Positions 18,137-28,747 of a stretch of 50,313 nucleotides of DNA are shown piece after piece. Made by a program: the position numbers and the translations under genes. The notes beneath the pieces were generated by a model, which was not told the DNA's origin, searched no databases, and was given only the letters and a program-made list of their open reading frames with translations. This DNA is from Fidelibacterota bacterium. GTDB taxonomy: Bacteria; Fidelibacterota; Marinisomatia; Marinisomatales; AB-629-J13. Location of the stretch: NCBI GenBank assembly GCA_034408645.1, contig DASCRE010000069.1, positions 1-50,313 of the forward strand, in the 5' to 3' direction. Position 1 is the first letter of the stretch; every line of letters begins with the position of its first letter.

Positions 18137-19387
18137 TCAATCAAAACGCAAAGATTCAATTGGATCCAAGTTCGCCGCCTTCCAGGCTGGATAAATGCCA
18201 AATCCAATTCCAATTATGGAGCAAACTGCCAATCCTATGAACGCCCAATCCATAGGAATAACTGCGGGAATATTGAATATGAAAGAAACAATATTGCCTC
18301 CAGCAACACCCAATATTATTCCAGCTACACCGCCAAATTCACTTAAGAAAACAGCCTCCATAAGAAACTGCGTCAGTATATCTTTTTTTGTTGCACCTAT
18401 TGCCTTACGAATACCGATCTCTTTAATTCGCTCAGTGACCGAGACTAACATAATGTTCATTATCCCTATACCTGCCACAACAAGAGCAATCACACTTACA
18501 CATAATGCAAAAAGTTTAATACCACTGGTGAATCCAGAGAACTTTTCAATCATTTTTGTATTTGATACTATTTCAAAATCATTATCCTGTCCTGGCAATA
18601 CTTTTCGAATTGCTCTCAGATGACCGACCACCTCATCCATAGTTTTATCGTAAAGTTCTTCAGAAGGAGTTTCAACATGGATATCTAGGCTGCTCCACTC
18701 ATTAGAAAATTTATCAAGATAAGTGGAAATGGGGATGACAATAAAGTTGTCCTTGCTTTCTCCAAACGCTTCTCCCTGCCTCTCAGTAATTCCAATTACA
18801 AAATAATCAAGACCATTGACCTTAATTTTTTTATCTAAAGGATCTTCAAATGGAAATAATAGATTGACAACGTCCATTCCAAGGATACAGACATTTCTAG
18901 AATAGTGAACATCATCAGGAATGAAGTTCCTCCCATCAGAAAGAAAGGTGTTATAAAATCTAATGGTACCCTCATCACCACCAGCGAGTTGAACAGAATT
19001 TTTAACTTCCTTATCCCTGTATTTTATATTTCGGATCATTGTACCATCGATAGGACTGATTAACAGGGGTAACCTTGCTCTATCCTTGAGTTTTTTATAT
19101 TGATCTATGGTAATGTTTTTCCTGTTCCTATATTTTCTATCGCCATGTCCCCTAAATTGTATAGCAGGATATTTCTGTACAACAAACGTATTGGCAGCAA
19201 ACACGTTCAAACCTGATTCTACAGAGGATTCAAGTGTCCGGATCGCTGTCATGACACCAATCACAGAAAAAACCCCTATACTAATACCCAAGAGTGTAAG
19301 CGTAGACCGTAGTTTATTTTTTCGAATAGCATCAATGGCCATCCAGTAGCTCTCTTTTAGTACATTTTTTAAATTTCTTGTACCCAT
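18137..19387 (-). CDS. ABC transporter permease, MacB/FtsX family
   Basis: Length is 416 aa. It has an N-terminal TM, a large periplasmic domain, a C-terminal FtsX-type three-TM bundle, the motif ERIKEIGIRKAIGA, and the tail NLDPIESLRFD. Confidence 0.85.
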   Translation of the reverse strand: MGTRNLKNVLKESYWMAIDAIRKNKLRSTLTLLGISIGVFSVIGVMTAIRTLESSVESGLNVFAANTFVVQKYPAIQFRGHGDRKYRNRKNITIDQYKKLKDRARLPLLISPIDGTMIRNIKYRDKEVKNSVQLAGGDEGTIRFYNTFLSDGRNFIPDDVHYSRNVCILGMDVVNLLFPFEDPLDKKIKVNGLDYFVIGITERQGEAFGESKDNFIVIPISTYLDKFSNEWSSLDIHVETPSEELYDKTMDEVVGHLRAIRKVLPGQDNDFEIVSNTKMIEKFSGFTSGIKLFALCVSVIALVVAGIGIMNIMLVSVTERIKEIGIRKAIGATKKDILTQFLMEAVFLSEFGGVAGIILGVAGGNIVSFIFNIPAVIPMDWAFIGLAVCSIIGIGFGIYPAWKAANLDPIESLRFD

Positions 19388-19390
19388 TTT

Positions 19391-20605
19391 CTATTCATAC
19401 CTTAGAGAGTCAATAGGATCAAGATTGGCAGCACGGTATGATGGGATCATACCAGAGACAACCCCAACAACCATACTGAGGATTACCGCAGATATTGATA
19501 AGCCTACGGGGAGAGTGGAGGGGAATATTTTGTTGATAAAAAGACTGCTGATATAAGCAAAAAATAGTCCGATCAATCCTGCAATGAGGCATATGGTAAC
19601 AGCTTCCATTAAAAATTGGCACATAATCATCCCTTTGGTTGCGCCAATGGCTTTTCGTACACCAATTTCTCGGGTTCGCTCTTTTACCGAAACAAACATG
19701 ATATTCATGATTCCAATCCCACCCACTACCAATGATAAAAGTGTTATAAAAACCCCAGTCCCACCAATAGTCATCTTTAGGGTATTATATTGATCTTCAA
19801 AAATTTTTGTTTGGTTGATAGCAAAATTGTTTTTTTCACTAGGTTTTAATCCCCGAATGTGCCGCATCACAGAATATATTTCGTCAATACTCTTGTCAAT
19901 TTTATCTTCCGGGACCTTAACACTTAGCCTCATCCAACCCCGTCTAGAAAAAATTCGTTTGTAGGCACCAAAAGGTAAAATAGCCTGTTTGTCAACACTG
20001 AACAGTCCTAAAAACTCACCCTGTTTTTCCAAAACACCGATCACTCTGAATTTAACATTGTCAATTTTTATATACTGTCCTATAGGATTCTGGTTACCAA
20101 AAAAAGCTTCCTTAATCCCATCTCCAATCACCGTTATCCTTGAACCTGATCGGTCTTCATTTTGTGTAAAAAATCTTCCTTGTGCAATATTAGTACTGAT
20201 GGTTTCCATATATTCTTCATTAGTTCCAAAGATTTCAGTCTGAGTTTTCTTTTCTCTATAAGAAAGAGATGCTCCTCGTTGCATCACGGGAGCTACGGCC
20301 AATGCATATTTGGACCTTTTCTTAATTTTCTCAACATAGCCTGGGAGCATCCGCGGCCTATTTTTAACCTCCCACCACTCCATATCGCTAAACCACTGAT
20401 AACGACTAATATGCAGTATGTCCTTACCCAGCCATGACATACTGTCCTCAAATGACTTATTCAATCCAGAAATAAGAGTCCCCATTAGCGTAACCGATAA
20501 GACACCGATAATTATACCCAAGGCTGTGAGAATAGACCGTGTTTTATTTGCAAAAACAGCAGATAACGATATTCTAAAATTCTCAATAAAAAGAGTAAAC
20601 ATCAA
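19391..20605 (-). CDS. ABC transporter permease, MacB/FtsX family (second copy)
   Basis: Length is 404 aa. It has the same architecture as its neighbour, with [14 protein letters not shown] and the tail [11 protein letters not shown]. Its start overlaps the ATPase stop by 4 nt. Confidence 0.85.
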   Translation of the reverse strand: MMFTLFIENFRISLSAVFANKTRSILTALGIIIGVLSVTLMGTLISGLNKSFEDSMSWLGKDILHISRYQWFSDMEWWEVKNRPRMLPGYVEKIKKRSKYALAVAPVMQRGASLSYREKKTQTEIFGTNEEYMETISTNIAQGRFFTQNEDRSGSRITVIGDGIKEAFFGNQNPIGQYIKIDNVKFRVIGVLEKQGEFLGLFSVDKQAILPFGAYKRIFSRRGWMRLSVKVPEDKIDKSIDEIYSVMRHIRGLKPSEKNNFAINQTKIFEDQYNTLKMTIGGTGVFITLLSLVVGGIGIMNIMFVSVKERTREIGVRKAIGATKGMIMCQFLMEAVTICLIAGLIGLFFAYISSLFINKIFPSTLPVGLSISAVILSMVVGVVSGMIPSYRAANLDPIDSLRYE

Positions 20606-21300
20606 AAGCCTCTCTCAATATCTTCGGTAATTTTTCCATCAAACAATCGAATGGTACGATGAGCGTGTTTTGCAATATCATCTTCGTGGGTCACCAAAAT
20701 AATGGTGTTCCCCTTCCCATGAAGGAGATCAAGGATTCCCATGATCTCTTGACCGCTTTTTGAATCAAGATTCCCCGTTGGTTCATCTGCAAGCAGTATG
20801 GATGGATTATTCACTAAAGCCCTAGCTATTGCAACCCGTTGACGTTGTCCGCCCGACAATTCATTTGGTTTGTGATACATTCGGTCGGCCAACCCTACAC
20901 TTTCAAGAGCATCCGATGCCATCCTCATCCTTTTTTCCTTTCGAATATTTGCATACACCAGAGGGATTTCTACATTATGATGTGCAGTTGCTTTTGGCAG
21001 CAGGTTAAAGGTTTGAAAGACAAATCCGATTTTGCGGTTTCGGATGGATGCAAGCTGGGCATCATCCATGACCTGAACCATTTCCCCCTCAAATTCATAA
21101 ATACCGTCTGTAGGAGTATCCAGGCATCCAATCATATTCATTAACGTCGATTTTCCCGAACCGGAGGGTCCCATAACAGCTAAATATTCATTCTCACCGA
21201 TTTCCAGGTCTATGCCATCCAATGCCCGGACCTCCTCACCGCCTACATGATATATCTTATAAATATCTTTGAGTGATATAAGAGTCAAAACTGAATCCAA
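20602..21300 (-). CDS. ABC transporter ATP-binding protein (MacB/LolD-like)
   Basis: It has Walker [10 protein letters not shown], the signature [14 protein letters not shown] and Walker [13 protein letters not shown]. Length is 232 aa. Confidence 0.92.
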   Translation of the reverse strand: MDSVLTLISLKDIYKIYHVGGEEVRALDGIDLEIGENEYLAVMGPSGSGKSTLMNMIGCLDTPTDGIYEFEGEMVQVMDDAQLASIRNRKIGFVFQTFNLLPKATAHHNVEIPLVYANIRKEKRMRMASDALESVGLADRMYHKPNELSGGQRQRVAIARALVNNPSILLADEPTGNLDSKSGQEIMGILDLLHGKGNTIILVTHEDDIAKHAHRTIRLFDGKITEDIERGF

Positions 21301-21309
21301 TTAGGTTTG

Positions 21310-22617
21310 TTATTCTCCGATACCACTTTTAATCCCTTCACGATTTTTGTCAGGAATTTCATTATGTTTTTTGGGATTTTTTTTAATGGAAATAAGGGTG
21401 CCATGATTCAATTCTTTACTTAAAACATTGTATCCGCCGGTAACAATCATCTCATTTTCTGATACGCCTGACTTTACTGCATAATGGTTCTCGCTGGAAA
21501 TACCAACAGTAACAGGTCTTACCAAAGCGTATTTTTTCCCTTCTGGAGCAGTCTCCCCGTCAAATTCATCTTCTAAAACAAATACAACGTCAATTGTGTT
21601 CTTTTTTGACATAAAACTATTGTTTTCATCATCATCACCTCTGTTTTTCTTCCCATCCCTTTTGTTATTTCTGATCTCATGATAGTTTTCCGGCCGAGAG
21701 GTCAGAGATTGGATAGGGATTGATATTGTATTCTTAATGGTTTCAGAGATGATATTGACGGTACTACTCATGCCAGGTCTTATTTTATCTGGGGGGTCTA
21801 TTATTTTCACTTTCACTTTAAAATTAGTGACCTGCTGCTGACTACCCATGTTTAATGATTGTGCCGTATGAGCTATTTCGCTGACAACTCCATAAAACAC
21901 TGTATCCGGGAATGCATCTATCTCAATTTCAGACGTATCACCTACATCAATGTTCACCACATCATTTTCATTTACGTCTACTTCGACCTCCATTCTAGCA
22001 AGATCGGCAACAGTCATGAGGACTCCTGGGTTAAACATCCCGCCCACAGCCATTTCTCCAACCTCCTTCGTTAAACTTGTAACAATACCGTACTTTGGAG
22101 CCATTAACCGTGTCTTTGAAAGTTCATCTTCCGCAGATAATAAATTTGCATTGGCTTGTTCTGACTGACTGACAGCCATTTGGTAGGACGCTTCAATTTG
22201 CTCCAATTCTTGTTCGGAAATTAATTTTTGAGAAAATAGCGTTTTAGTGCGGTCCATCTGAGACTGAATCTTCCGCAGGTTTGCTTCTGAAGATTTAACT
22301 TGAGATAAAGCCTGATTGTATCGTGGGCGGTATTGTTTTTCATCAATACTGATTAAGTGCTGGCCTGGATGAACGGTATCACCTTCTAAAACTGTAATCT
22401 CGGTAATCCATCCTGTGATCGTGGAGGTAATTTGAACTTCTTGTTCTGGTTGGATCCTGCCGCTTGCATTCACTTTATATATAATGTCTGTCCGTTTTAC
22501 TGTTTCCATATCTACGATGATTGCTTCATCTGTTGAACGACTGAGAAATCCTGCTATTACAAGAATAATCAAAACCAGTGGTATCCAAACCTTTTTTTTC
22601 TGTAAGACCGATGGCAT
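21310..22617 (-). CDS. Efflux periplasmic adaptor (HlyD/MacA membrane-fusion family)
   Basis: Length is 435 aa. It has an N-terminal TM anchor, a coiled-coil hairpin segment (QALSQVKSSEANLRKIQSQ...ANANLLSAEDEL) and beta-barrel-like flanks. Confidence 0.85.
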   Translation of the reverse strand: MPSVLQKKKVWIPLVLIILVIAGFLSRSTDEAIIVDMETVKRTDIIYKVNASGRIQPEQEVQITSTITGWITEITVLEGDTVHPGQHLISIDEKQYRPRYNQALSQVKSSEANLRKIQSQMDRTKTLFSQKLISEQELEQIEASYQMAVSQSEQANANLLSAEDELSKTRLMAPKYGIVTSLTKEVGEMAVGGMFNPGVLMTVADLARMEVEVDVNENDVVNIDVGDTSEIEIDAFPDTVFYGVVSEIAHTAQSLNMGSQQQVTNFKVKVKIIDPPDKIRPGMSSTVNIISETIKNTISIPIQSLTSRPENYHEIRNNKRDGKKNRGDDDENNSFMSKKNTIDVVFVLEDEFDGETAPEGKKYALVRPVTVGISSENHYAVKSGVSENEMIVTGGYNVLSKELNHGTLISIKKNPKKHNEIPDKNREGIKSGIGE

Positions 22618-22626
22618 AATATTTCC

Positions 22627-23913
22627 TTATTTTATTCCAAAATCTGTGTTTAGTTCACCCGTTAAGGCCTTAAGGGAGGTTGCCGATATCCAAAAATCAT
22701 ATTTCATATTTACCCATGTTGTCTTAGCCAGATTTAAGGATACCTGTGCATTTAGTACCTCTAAAATGGCCGCGGACCCCAAAGAATATCTTTTTTGAAC
22801 GAGGATTAAATCCTCTTGAGCAGATTCTACAACTTGAGACTGAATTGGTAAAATGTCTATATATTGATTTAGTATTTCTAAAAGGTCAAGAGCTTGGACA
22901 TCGAGATTCCCTTTTAAGGATGTATAGTCCTCTGTAGCCTGGTTCCATTCAATTCTTCTCTGTTCTATTTGTGTAGATAAACTATTTCCTGTGTAGATGG
23001 GAATAGACACGGAAATATTTATCCCAAGATTCCAATCTTCTTTAAAGTTATCCATCAACTCCTTTGAATTTTCACCTATAACGGAGTAATTTAGTCCTGC
23101 ATCTATAGAGGGGAGTCTCATTCCTCTGGAAATCATATAATTAAGTTTTTCTGATTGAATTTGAGATTTTTTACTTAAAAGATCGGGATTATTTTCCTCA
23201 ATTATAATTGATAATTCTCCCTTCTTTGGTAATGGATATGTTTTGATTTCTTTTAAAAAATGGATGAATTGTTCTCCTTTATCAGGAATCCCCATGGCGT
23301 GATAAAAATTACGTCTTGACCTTCGAAAGACTTGGGCAGATTGAAAAAATTCTGATTGAGCCTGTCCCCTAGTTACCTCCCCTTTAAGAAGGTCTGTTTT
23401 TTTTACAGCTCCCAAGCCAAACTTAGTTTTTACCAGGTTTAATTGTTTTTCTGTTAAAGAGAGGTTTTGGCTTGCAACTTCCTTTAATTCCTTTGCCTTC
23501 AAGAGCTCAAAATAGCCATGGATGATATCCCGAATAACCCTTAACCGGGTAGATTGATAACTGAGACTCGCGATTTGGAAAAATGATTTTGCTTGTTTTA
23601 CTTGGTTTATTGTTTGCCCACCATCGTACACTTTCTGAGTTACTTGAATGCCACCAGACATTGTCTGAGAATAGGCAGAAGAGGATATGTTCGTTTTAGG
23701 GAAATAACTTCGGTTCAGATTTCCGGAAAAACCAACTGATGGCAGCAGATTGCTATATGAGGTTTTTACAGATTTTTCAGCAACTGATTTTCCGGAGGAT
23801 GCTGATTTAAGGGTGCTCTTGTTATTGAGTCCGATTTGGATGCAATCTTCCAAGGATAATTCCCGAGAAAGTGCAACAACGAGAAAAAGGAAAAATAAAA
23901 TTATTGGTTTCAT
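22627..23913 (-). CDS. TolC-family outer membrane efflux channel
   Basis: Length is 428 aa. It has a signal peptide, two repeated halves with long helical segments, and an N-terminal LSLEDCIQIGLNNKSTLK motif typical of OEP/TolC proteins. It is the first gene of the five-gene efflux operon. Confidence 0.85.
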   Translation of the reverse strand: MKPIILFFLFLVVALSRELSLEDCIQIGLNNKSTLKSASSGKSVAEKSVKTSYSNLLPSVGFSGNLNRSYFPKTNISSSAYSQTMSGGIQVTQKVYDGGQTINQVKQAKSFFQIASLSYQSTRLRVIRDIIHGYFELLKAKELKEVASQNLSLTEKQLNLVKTKFGLGAVKKTDLLKGEVTRGQAQSEFFQSAQVFRRSRRNFYHAMGIPDKGEQFIHFLKEIKTYPLPKKGELSIIIEENNPDLLSKKSQIQSEKLNYMISRGMRLPSIDAGLNYSVIGENSKELMDNFKEDWNLGINISVSIPIYTGNSLSTQIEQRRIEWNQATEDYTSLKGNLDVQALDLLEILNQYIDILPIQSQVVESAQEDLILVQKRYSLGSAAILEVLNAQVSLNLAKTTWVNMKYDFWISATSLKALTGELNTDFGIK

Positions 23914-24016
23914 GGGGAATCTTATGGAAAAAGCTAATGATTAATTGTTACAGAATTAAAAGTATATAGTTCCTAAGAATATTAATGAAATGATAAGAGT
24001 TTGCAAAAAATGAAAG

Positions 24017-25432
24017 TCAAAAAAATAATTTTTTATTTTTCAGAAGAAATTCTTTTGCATCATCATAGTTGTTTTCTATTTCTCCGTTCAAGATTGCTTC
24101 CTCAATTACTAATTTAATTTCACCGACTTTTTTGCCGGGTTTTATCCCAAACATTAGCATGATTTCCTTTCCCCTGACAGGTGACTGAAAGGCTGTCATT
24201 TCATCCAGCTCTTTCACATTCTGCATTCGTTCTTCCACTCGTTCAAAGTTTCCCATGTATTTTTTTACAAGCCGTGGGTTTTTCGTTGTGATATCTGCCC
24301 GGCAAAGCAACATTAGTTCATGGATGTCCTCTCCTGCAGCAACCATAAGTCGACGAACTGCAGAGTCTGTTACCTTCTCCTTGGCAATTGCAATGGGACG
24401 TAAATGAAGCGCAGTCATTTTTTGCAGATAAGTATTTAGCTCATTGGGTAGTTTCATGCGCTTAGCAACTTTCTGAATAATTTTGGAGCCAAAAAAATCA
24501 TGACCGTAAAACGTGTATCCTTTTTTCTTGTGAATGCGCCGTGTTTTAGGTTTAGCAATATCATGTACCAATGCGGCAAACCTCACTCTCATTACGTCAG
24601 TTAAATCAGCGGCGTTATCCACCACCTGAAGTGTATGAGCGAAGATGTCCTTGTGGTGCCACTCGCTGGTTTGCTCTAAGCCCCACATGGCATCAATTTC
24701 AGGAAAAACATGTTTCATCAATCCAGTGTGCTGCAGCAATTTGAGACCTGTGGAGGGCTTAGAACAGGAAAGAATTTTTAAGAATTCTGCGGTGATTCGC
24801 TCCGCTGATACAATTTTAATACGGGCCGCTTGGTGATTCATAGATTCCCTAATTCTAGAGTCCACCCGCATATCCAGTTTAGAGCAAAAATATGCGGCTC
24901 TCATCATCCTTAAAGGGTCGTCTGAAAAAGTTTTGTTCGGGTCCAAAGGTGTAACCAGTTTTTTTGCCTGTAAATCGAGGATACCTTTAAACGGATCTGA
25001 CAGATTTCCAAATCGTTTTGGGTGCAGATCAATTGCCATGGCATTGATAGTGAAATCTCTTCGAAGCAGATCGCCCTTTAAATCTGTGTATTGAATTTTA
25101 TTAGGTTTCCGAGAAGAGTTATCGTAGGACTCTGTCCGGGCGGAAGCAACCTCAAGTGGAATCTTTTTATATGGGATCCGAGCGGTTGAAAACCGTTGAA
25201 ATGGAACAATTTTATCTACTTTTAATTCGTCAGCAAGCAAACGGGAAAATTTTATTCCATCGCCCACTACCATAAAATCGATTTCCTTTATGTCGCGCTC
25301 TAAAAAGAGGTCTCGGACATACCCGCCTACCACATACACTTCTTGTTCATACTTGGCACCTAATTCTCCTGCTAGTTGTAATATATTAGAACCGATGATA
25401 TTTTCTTCAATTAAATGTCGGATATTTGCCAT
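24017..25432 (-). CDS. cca: CCA-adding tRNA nucleotidyltransferase / poly(A) polymerase family protein with HD domain
   Basis: It has VGGYVRDLFL...EIDFMV (the nucleotidyltransferase G-x-x-RD...D-x-D motif), RRDFTINAMA, and the HD region HHKDIFAHTL...LVHDIAKP. Length is 471 aa. Confidence 0.85.
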   Translation of the reverse strand: MANIRHLIEENIIGSNILQLAGELGAKYEQEVYVVGGYVRDLFLERDIKEIDFMVVGDGIKFSRLLADELKVDKIVPFQRFSTARIPYKKIPLEVASARTESYDNSSRKPNKIQYTDLKGDLLRRDFTINAMAIDLHPKRFGNLSDPFKGILDLQAKKLVTPLDPNKTFSDDPLRMMRAAYFCSKLDMRVDSRIRESMNHQAARIKIVSAERITAEFLKILSCSKPSTGLKLLQHTGLMKHVFPEIDAMWGLEQTSEWHHKDIFAHTLQVVDNAADLTDVMRVRFAALVHDIAKPKTRRIHKKKGYTFYGHDFFGSKIIQKVAKRMKLPNELNTYLQKMTALHLRPIAIAKEKVTDSAVRRLMVAAGEDIHELMLLCRADITTKNPRLVKKYMGNFERVEERMQNVKELDEMTAFQSPVRGKEIMLMFGIKPGKKVGEIKLVIEEAILNGEIENNYDDAKEFLLKNKKLFF

Positions 25433-25519
25433 GGGTAAAATTAACCTGATGTGTCTATTCTTTTTAGCAGGAAAAATGAGTTTGCTATATTTGTTTTTCT
25501 TTTAACGATAGGGAATAAT

Positions 25520-26971
25520 TTAGTTTTTTCCTGGTTTTATTCCAGCTACAGTCAGTGCTTTCCCCCAAATCTCTAATTTTACTTTTCTCTGCTTAGAAGT
25601 CATTTTTGGGAAATATTTTTCCTGAAAAGAATGTGTGATCTCAGGAAATTCACCAAATTGTTTTTTAAATAATAGTCGGAACACTCCCAATGCTGTTTTA
25701 TCTTTTAGTTTTGGCCGTTTTACTGGCACATCTAACAAATCTGATATAAACTGGAGCAACGGTTTTCTGGCACCACCACCAGCAGACTGAGCGGATGCAA
25801 TCTCTAAACCATCTTTTTTGAGAGTTTGTATTATATCATGAACGAAAAAGCCTATAGATTCCATTCCAGCTCTTATTATTTCATTATTCGTCGCATTATT
25901 TAACTTATAAGATACTAGCTCTTTAGGTTGAACCCAATACGGGGATGCAATCCCAGTGAAATTGGGAATAAGAACTCCATCGGTTTTTGTTTTAATGCAT
26001 CGCTCATCCCATTTCATTTTTTTATGGGGGATATTCAAATAATCTTCCAACCAGTAAAACAATGAATTGCAAGCATTAATGGTTCCTTCCAAAAGAAAAT
26101 AATGTTTAGGGTTTGAAGACCAAAGCAAATTTGATAAAAGCCCATTTTTGAATATTTTTTTATCGCCTGTACAGTACTGGACAGAACCAGATGTACCCAG
26201 ATTTATTGAAACCATTCCCGGGCTAGAGAAATCCTGCCCAATCAATGATGACTGTTGATCTCCTATGATACAAAGTAGAGGAATATCACTTTTATCTATA
26301 TTTACTTTTCCAAAATATTGGAGTGAGGGGACCAGTGGCGGAAGACACAAAAAATCTACATTGAATAATTCACACAATGTTTTATCCCAATTCAAAGAAT
26401 CAAGAGAAAATAATTGAGATCTCCCGGCGATAGAATGATCTACTACAGCAATCCCCGTTAACACATGATTTAAATATGAACTGAGGGGCCCAAAAAAAGC
26501 TTCCCCCGATTTTATTTTCTTCTTCAGTTCGGGATATTCTTTGATGAGGTGAGCATATTTTAATGCACCAAAGTGACCGCTGAGCGGAATCCCTGTTTTT
26601 TTGTAAACAAGTTTTTTATGCTCATTAAATTTATCGATGAGGTGATGCGCTCTATTATCCTGCCAACTCAAGGCCGGAGTTAAAGGTTGAATAGATTTTT
26701 TGTCCCAGAACAAAAAGGTTGACCTCTGCACTGCTAGTCCTAAAGAGAGAATTATACCTTTTTTTTCATTCGCCCAATTTATTGCGGAAGTGATTAATAA
26801 ATTCACCACGTCAGCAATTTTTTGAGCGTCACACTCAACATAAAGTGGTTTAGGTCGATTCAGAAAATGCTTAAATTTTTCACTGAAACACACCTCGCCT
26901 TCTTCATTGAAAATAAAAGACTTAGTCCCGCTTGTCCCCTGATCAATAATTAGAAAATAACGCTTTTTCAT
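25520..26971 (-). CDS. FGGY-family carbohydrate kinase (glycerol kinase-like)
   Basis: Length is 483 aa, with an N-terminal IIDQGTSGTKSFIF phosphate-1 motif and FGGY N- and C-domain organisation. Its start codon directly abuts the stop of the upstream MFS gene. Confidence 0.8.
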   Translation of the reverse strand: MKKRYFLIIDQGTSGTKSFIFNEEGEVCFSEKFKHFLNRPKPLYVECDAQKIADVVNLLITSAINWANEKKGIILSLGLAVQRSTFLFWDKKSIQPLTPALSWQDNRAHHLIDKFNEHKKLVYKKTGIPLSGHFGALKYAHLIKEYPELKKKIKSGEAFFGPLSSYLNHVLTGIAVVDHSIAGRSQLFSLDSLNWDKTLCELFNVDFLCLPPLVPSLQYFGKVNIDKSDIPLLCIIGDQQSSLIGQDFSSPGMVSINLGTSGSVQYCTGDKKIFKNGLLSNLLWSSNPKHYFLLEGTINACNSLFYWLEDYLNIPHKKMKWDERCIKTKTDGVLIPNFTGIASPYWVQPKELVSYKLNNATNNEIIRAGMESIGFFVHDIIQTLKKDGLEIASAQSAGGGARKPLLQFISDLLDVPVKRPKLKDKTALGVFRLLFKKQFGEFPEITHSFQEKYFPKMTSKQRKVKLEIWGKALTVAGIKPGKN

Positions 26972-28174
26972 TTACTCAAATTTCTGAATATCACTGTAAA
27001 GAATTCCAATCAACCCAGTGAATGTTCCTCCAATTCCAAACAGAAGAAACACAATATGAATAGAAATAACTTCTGAAATCATTCCTACCAAAGCCGTTGA
27101 AATTGCTGTCATACCAGAAACAGCTAAGTGAACCATTGCAAATAGCCTACCATGATATCTATTGGGAGCATATTTTTGTAGGATGGTCGTCCTGGAAACT
27201 GTAATTATAGGAATCCCCATTCCATGAAACATGATAATGCAAAGTGCCATTGGGACCGATTTAACCCAGAAGAAAAGAGCATATGTCAACCCATCCCAAA
27301 GTATTCCCAATAAAAGAAGATATCCATTTTTGAATTGGTTGGAAAAATGGTACATAAAAAAGGTTCCTATTAACATTCCCAAAGCCATACCTGCTTCAAC
27401 AAATGCAAAGTCCGATGCAGAGCCCAATAAGTGATATTTGATCATGATAGGTATACCTACAATGGCGGGGCCCATAATAAAAATATTGTTTATTATAGTT
27501 AGAATAATGAGAAGTCTAATTGACCTATTCGCTTTGAGGTAAGTGAAACCTGACCTCAGTTCCTGTAATCGGGAGCCAATAGTTGATTCCTTTAATTTAT
27601 CAGGATAATGGATTGTCATCAGTACTATTGCAGCAAGTAAGAAAGATAATGCATCCCACGCAAAAAGGATTTCAATTGACATTATGTTTAACAGAATGCC
27701 TGCTATTACTGGACCAGTGAAATAAGCAAATTGCCCACTAGTGGCTATTAGTGAATTTATTTTTATTAATTTATCTTTGGGAAAGATCTCAGGCAAGAAG
27801 GCGTTTAATGCTGGTGGGAATAAAGAACCAAAAGAAGCACGAAGAAAAGCCAGAACTCCAATAATTAATCCTATTTTAATATCTATGAATAAAAGCACTG
27901 GAATAATTGCAACTACAACTGCCTGAGAAAAATTTGATATAAGCATTAACTTTATTCTACTATAGTGGTCAACCAATACCCCGGCGAAGACACCAAACAC
28001 AATCGCTGGCAAATATGCACTCATAGCGATTAGACCAGTTGCAAAGGTTGATTCGGTTATATCCAGAATTATCCATACTAGAGCTAACTGATATACAGCA
28101 TCGCCGGTTGCTGAAATGGTTTGAGCTGACCAGAGTTTTAATGTGTTATGTTTGATTTGGGAACAAATAATAAT
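26972..28174 (-). CDS. MFS transporter (EntS/DUF894-like). The true start is upstream of the ATG at 28024 and is non-canonical or uncertain.
   Basis: The track ORF (26972..28024) starts inside TM2. The same frame stays open up to the TGA at 28186-28184 and encodes the conserved MFS N-terminus KHNTLKLWSAQTISATGDAVYQLALVWIILDITESTFATGLIAM. Only ATT (28174, 28171, 28168) and ATC (28156) are available as starts. Confidence 0.75.
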   Translation of the reverse strand: MIICSQIKHNTLKLWSAQTISATGDAVYQLALVWIILDITESTFATGLIAMSAYLPAIVFGVFAGVLVDHYSRIKLMLISNFSQAVVVAIIPVLLFIDIKIGLIIGVLAFLRASFGSLFPPALNAFLPEIFPKDKLIKINSLIATSGQFAYFTGPVIAGILLNIMSIEILFAWDALSFLLAAIVLMTIHYPDKLKESTIGSRLQELRSGFTYLKANRSIRLLIILTIINNIFIMGPAIVGIPIMIKYHLLGSASDFAFVEAGMALGMLIGTFFMYHFSNQFKNGYLLLLGILWDGLTYALFFWVKSVPMALCIIMFHGMGIPIITVSRTTILQKYAPNRYHGRLFAMVHLAVSGMTAISTALVGMISEVISIHIVFLLFGIGGTFTGLIGILYSDIQKFE

Positions 28175-28375
28175 GAATGAAAGTCAAATATTGTTTATAA
28201 GGAGCTTCACTTTATCAAAAAGATATATCTTCTTTGATTTTTTATTTTTATATAAATTTATCAATCAGAATGTTGGTTTTAATCCTGTAATATATAAAGA
28301 GCGAATTTATTACCTAAAAGACTTTTCCCAATGTGGAAATCATCATTAATTTTTACGATAATTTAGGAGTGAAAA

Positions 28376-28678
28376 ATGACATATATAGTAGCTGAACCAT
28401 GTGTCGGAACCTGTGACACCGCTTGTGTTGAAGTATGCCCAGTAGATTGTATCCATGGTCCAGAAGACAAAACTGGAGCTGGAGAAGAAGCAAAGGCAGC
28501 AGGTTTTGACCCAGAGGGGAAACAATTATATATTGATCCAGAGGAATGTATAGATTGTGGTGCCTGTGAACCGGAATGTCCTGTTGAAGCAATATTTGAA
28601 GAAAGCGAAGTTCCTGATGAATGGAACAAATACATTAAAATCAATTACGAGTGGTTTGGCCAAGAGTATACTGGATAA
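28376..28678 (+). CDS. fdxA: Ferredoxin (2x Fe-S cluster, 7Fe FdxA-like)
   Basis: The sequence reads [27 protein letters not shown]...[23 protein letters not shown] lies 7 nt upstream of the ATG. Length is 100 aa. Confidence 0.9.
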   Translation: MTYIVAEPCVGTCDTACVEVCPVDCIHGPEDKTGAGEEAKAAGFDPEGKQLYIDPEECIDCGACEPECPVEAIFEESEVPDEWNKYIKINYEWFGQEYTG

Positions 28679-28701
28679 AATATATTCATTATTTTTTATT
28701 G

Positions 28702-28728
28702 ACGGCTTTTTTAGAAAAGCCGTTTTTT
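28702..28728 (+). terminator. Rho-independent terminator after the ferredoxin gene
   Basis: Stem ACGGCTTTT (28702-28710) pairs with AAAAGCCGT (28715-28723) around the loop TTAG, followed by TTTTT. Confidence 0.75.
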
Positions 28729-28747
28729 ATCCCTCCCCAATTTTGCC

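Noticed and set aside
28143-28349. 68-aa plus-strand ORF in the MFS/ferredoxin intergenic region
   Set aside because: It is AT-rich and low-complexity (FLFLYKFINQN...), has no SD, and partly overlaps the extended MFS N-terminus. It is most likely a chance ORF in a divergent promoter region.
28353-28644. Two minus-strand ORFs (79 and 93 aa) overlapping the ferredoxin gene
   Set aside because: The ferredoxin frame has textbook Cys motifs, an SD and a terminator. The antisense frames are Ser/Leu/His-rich shadows.
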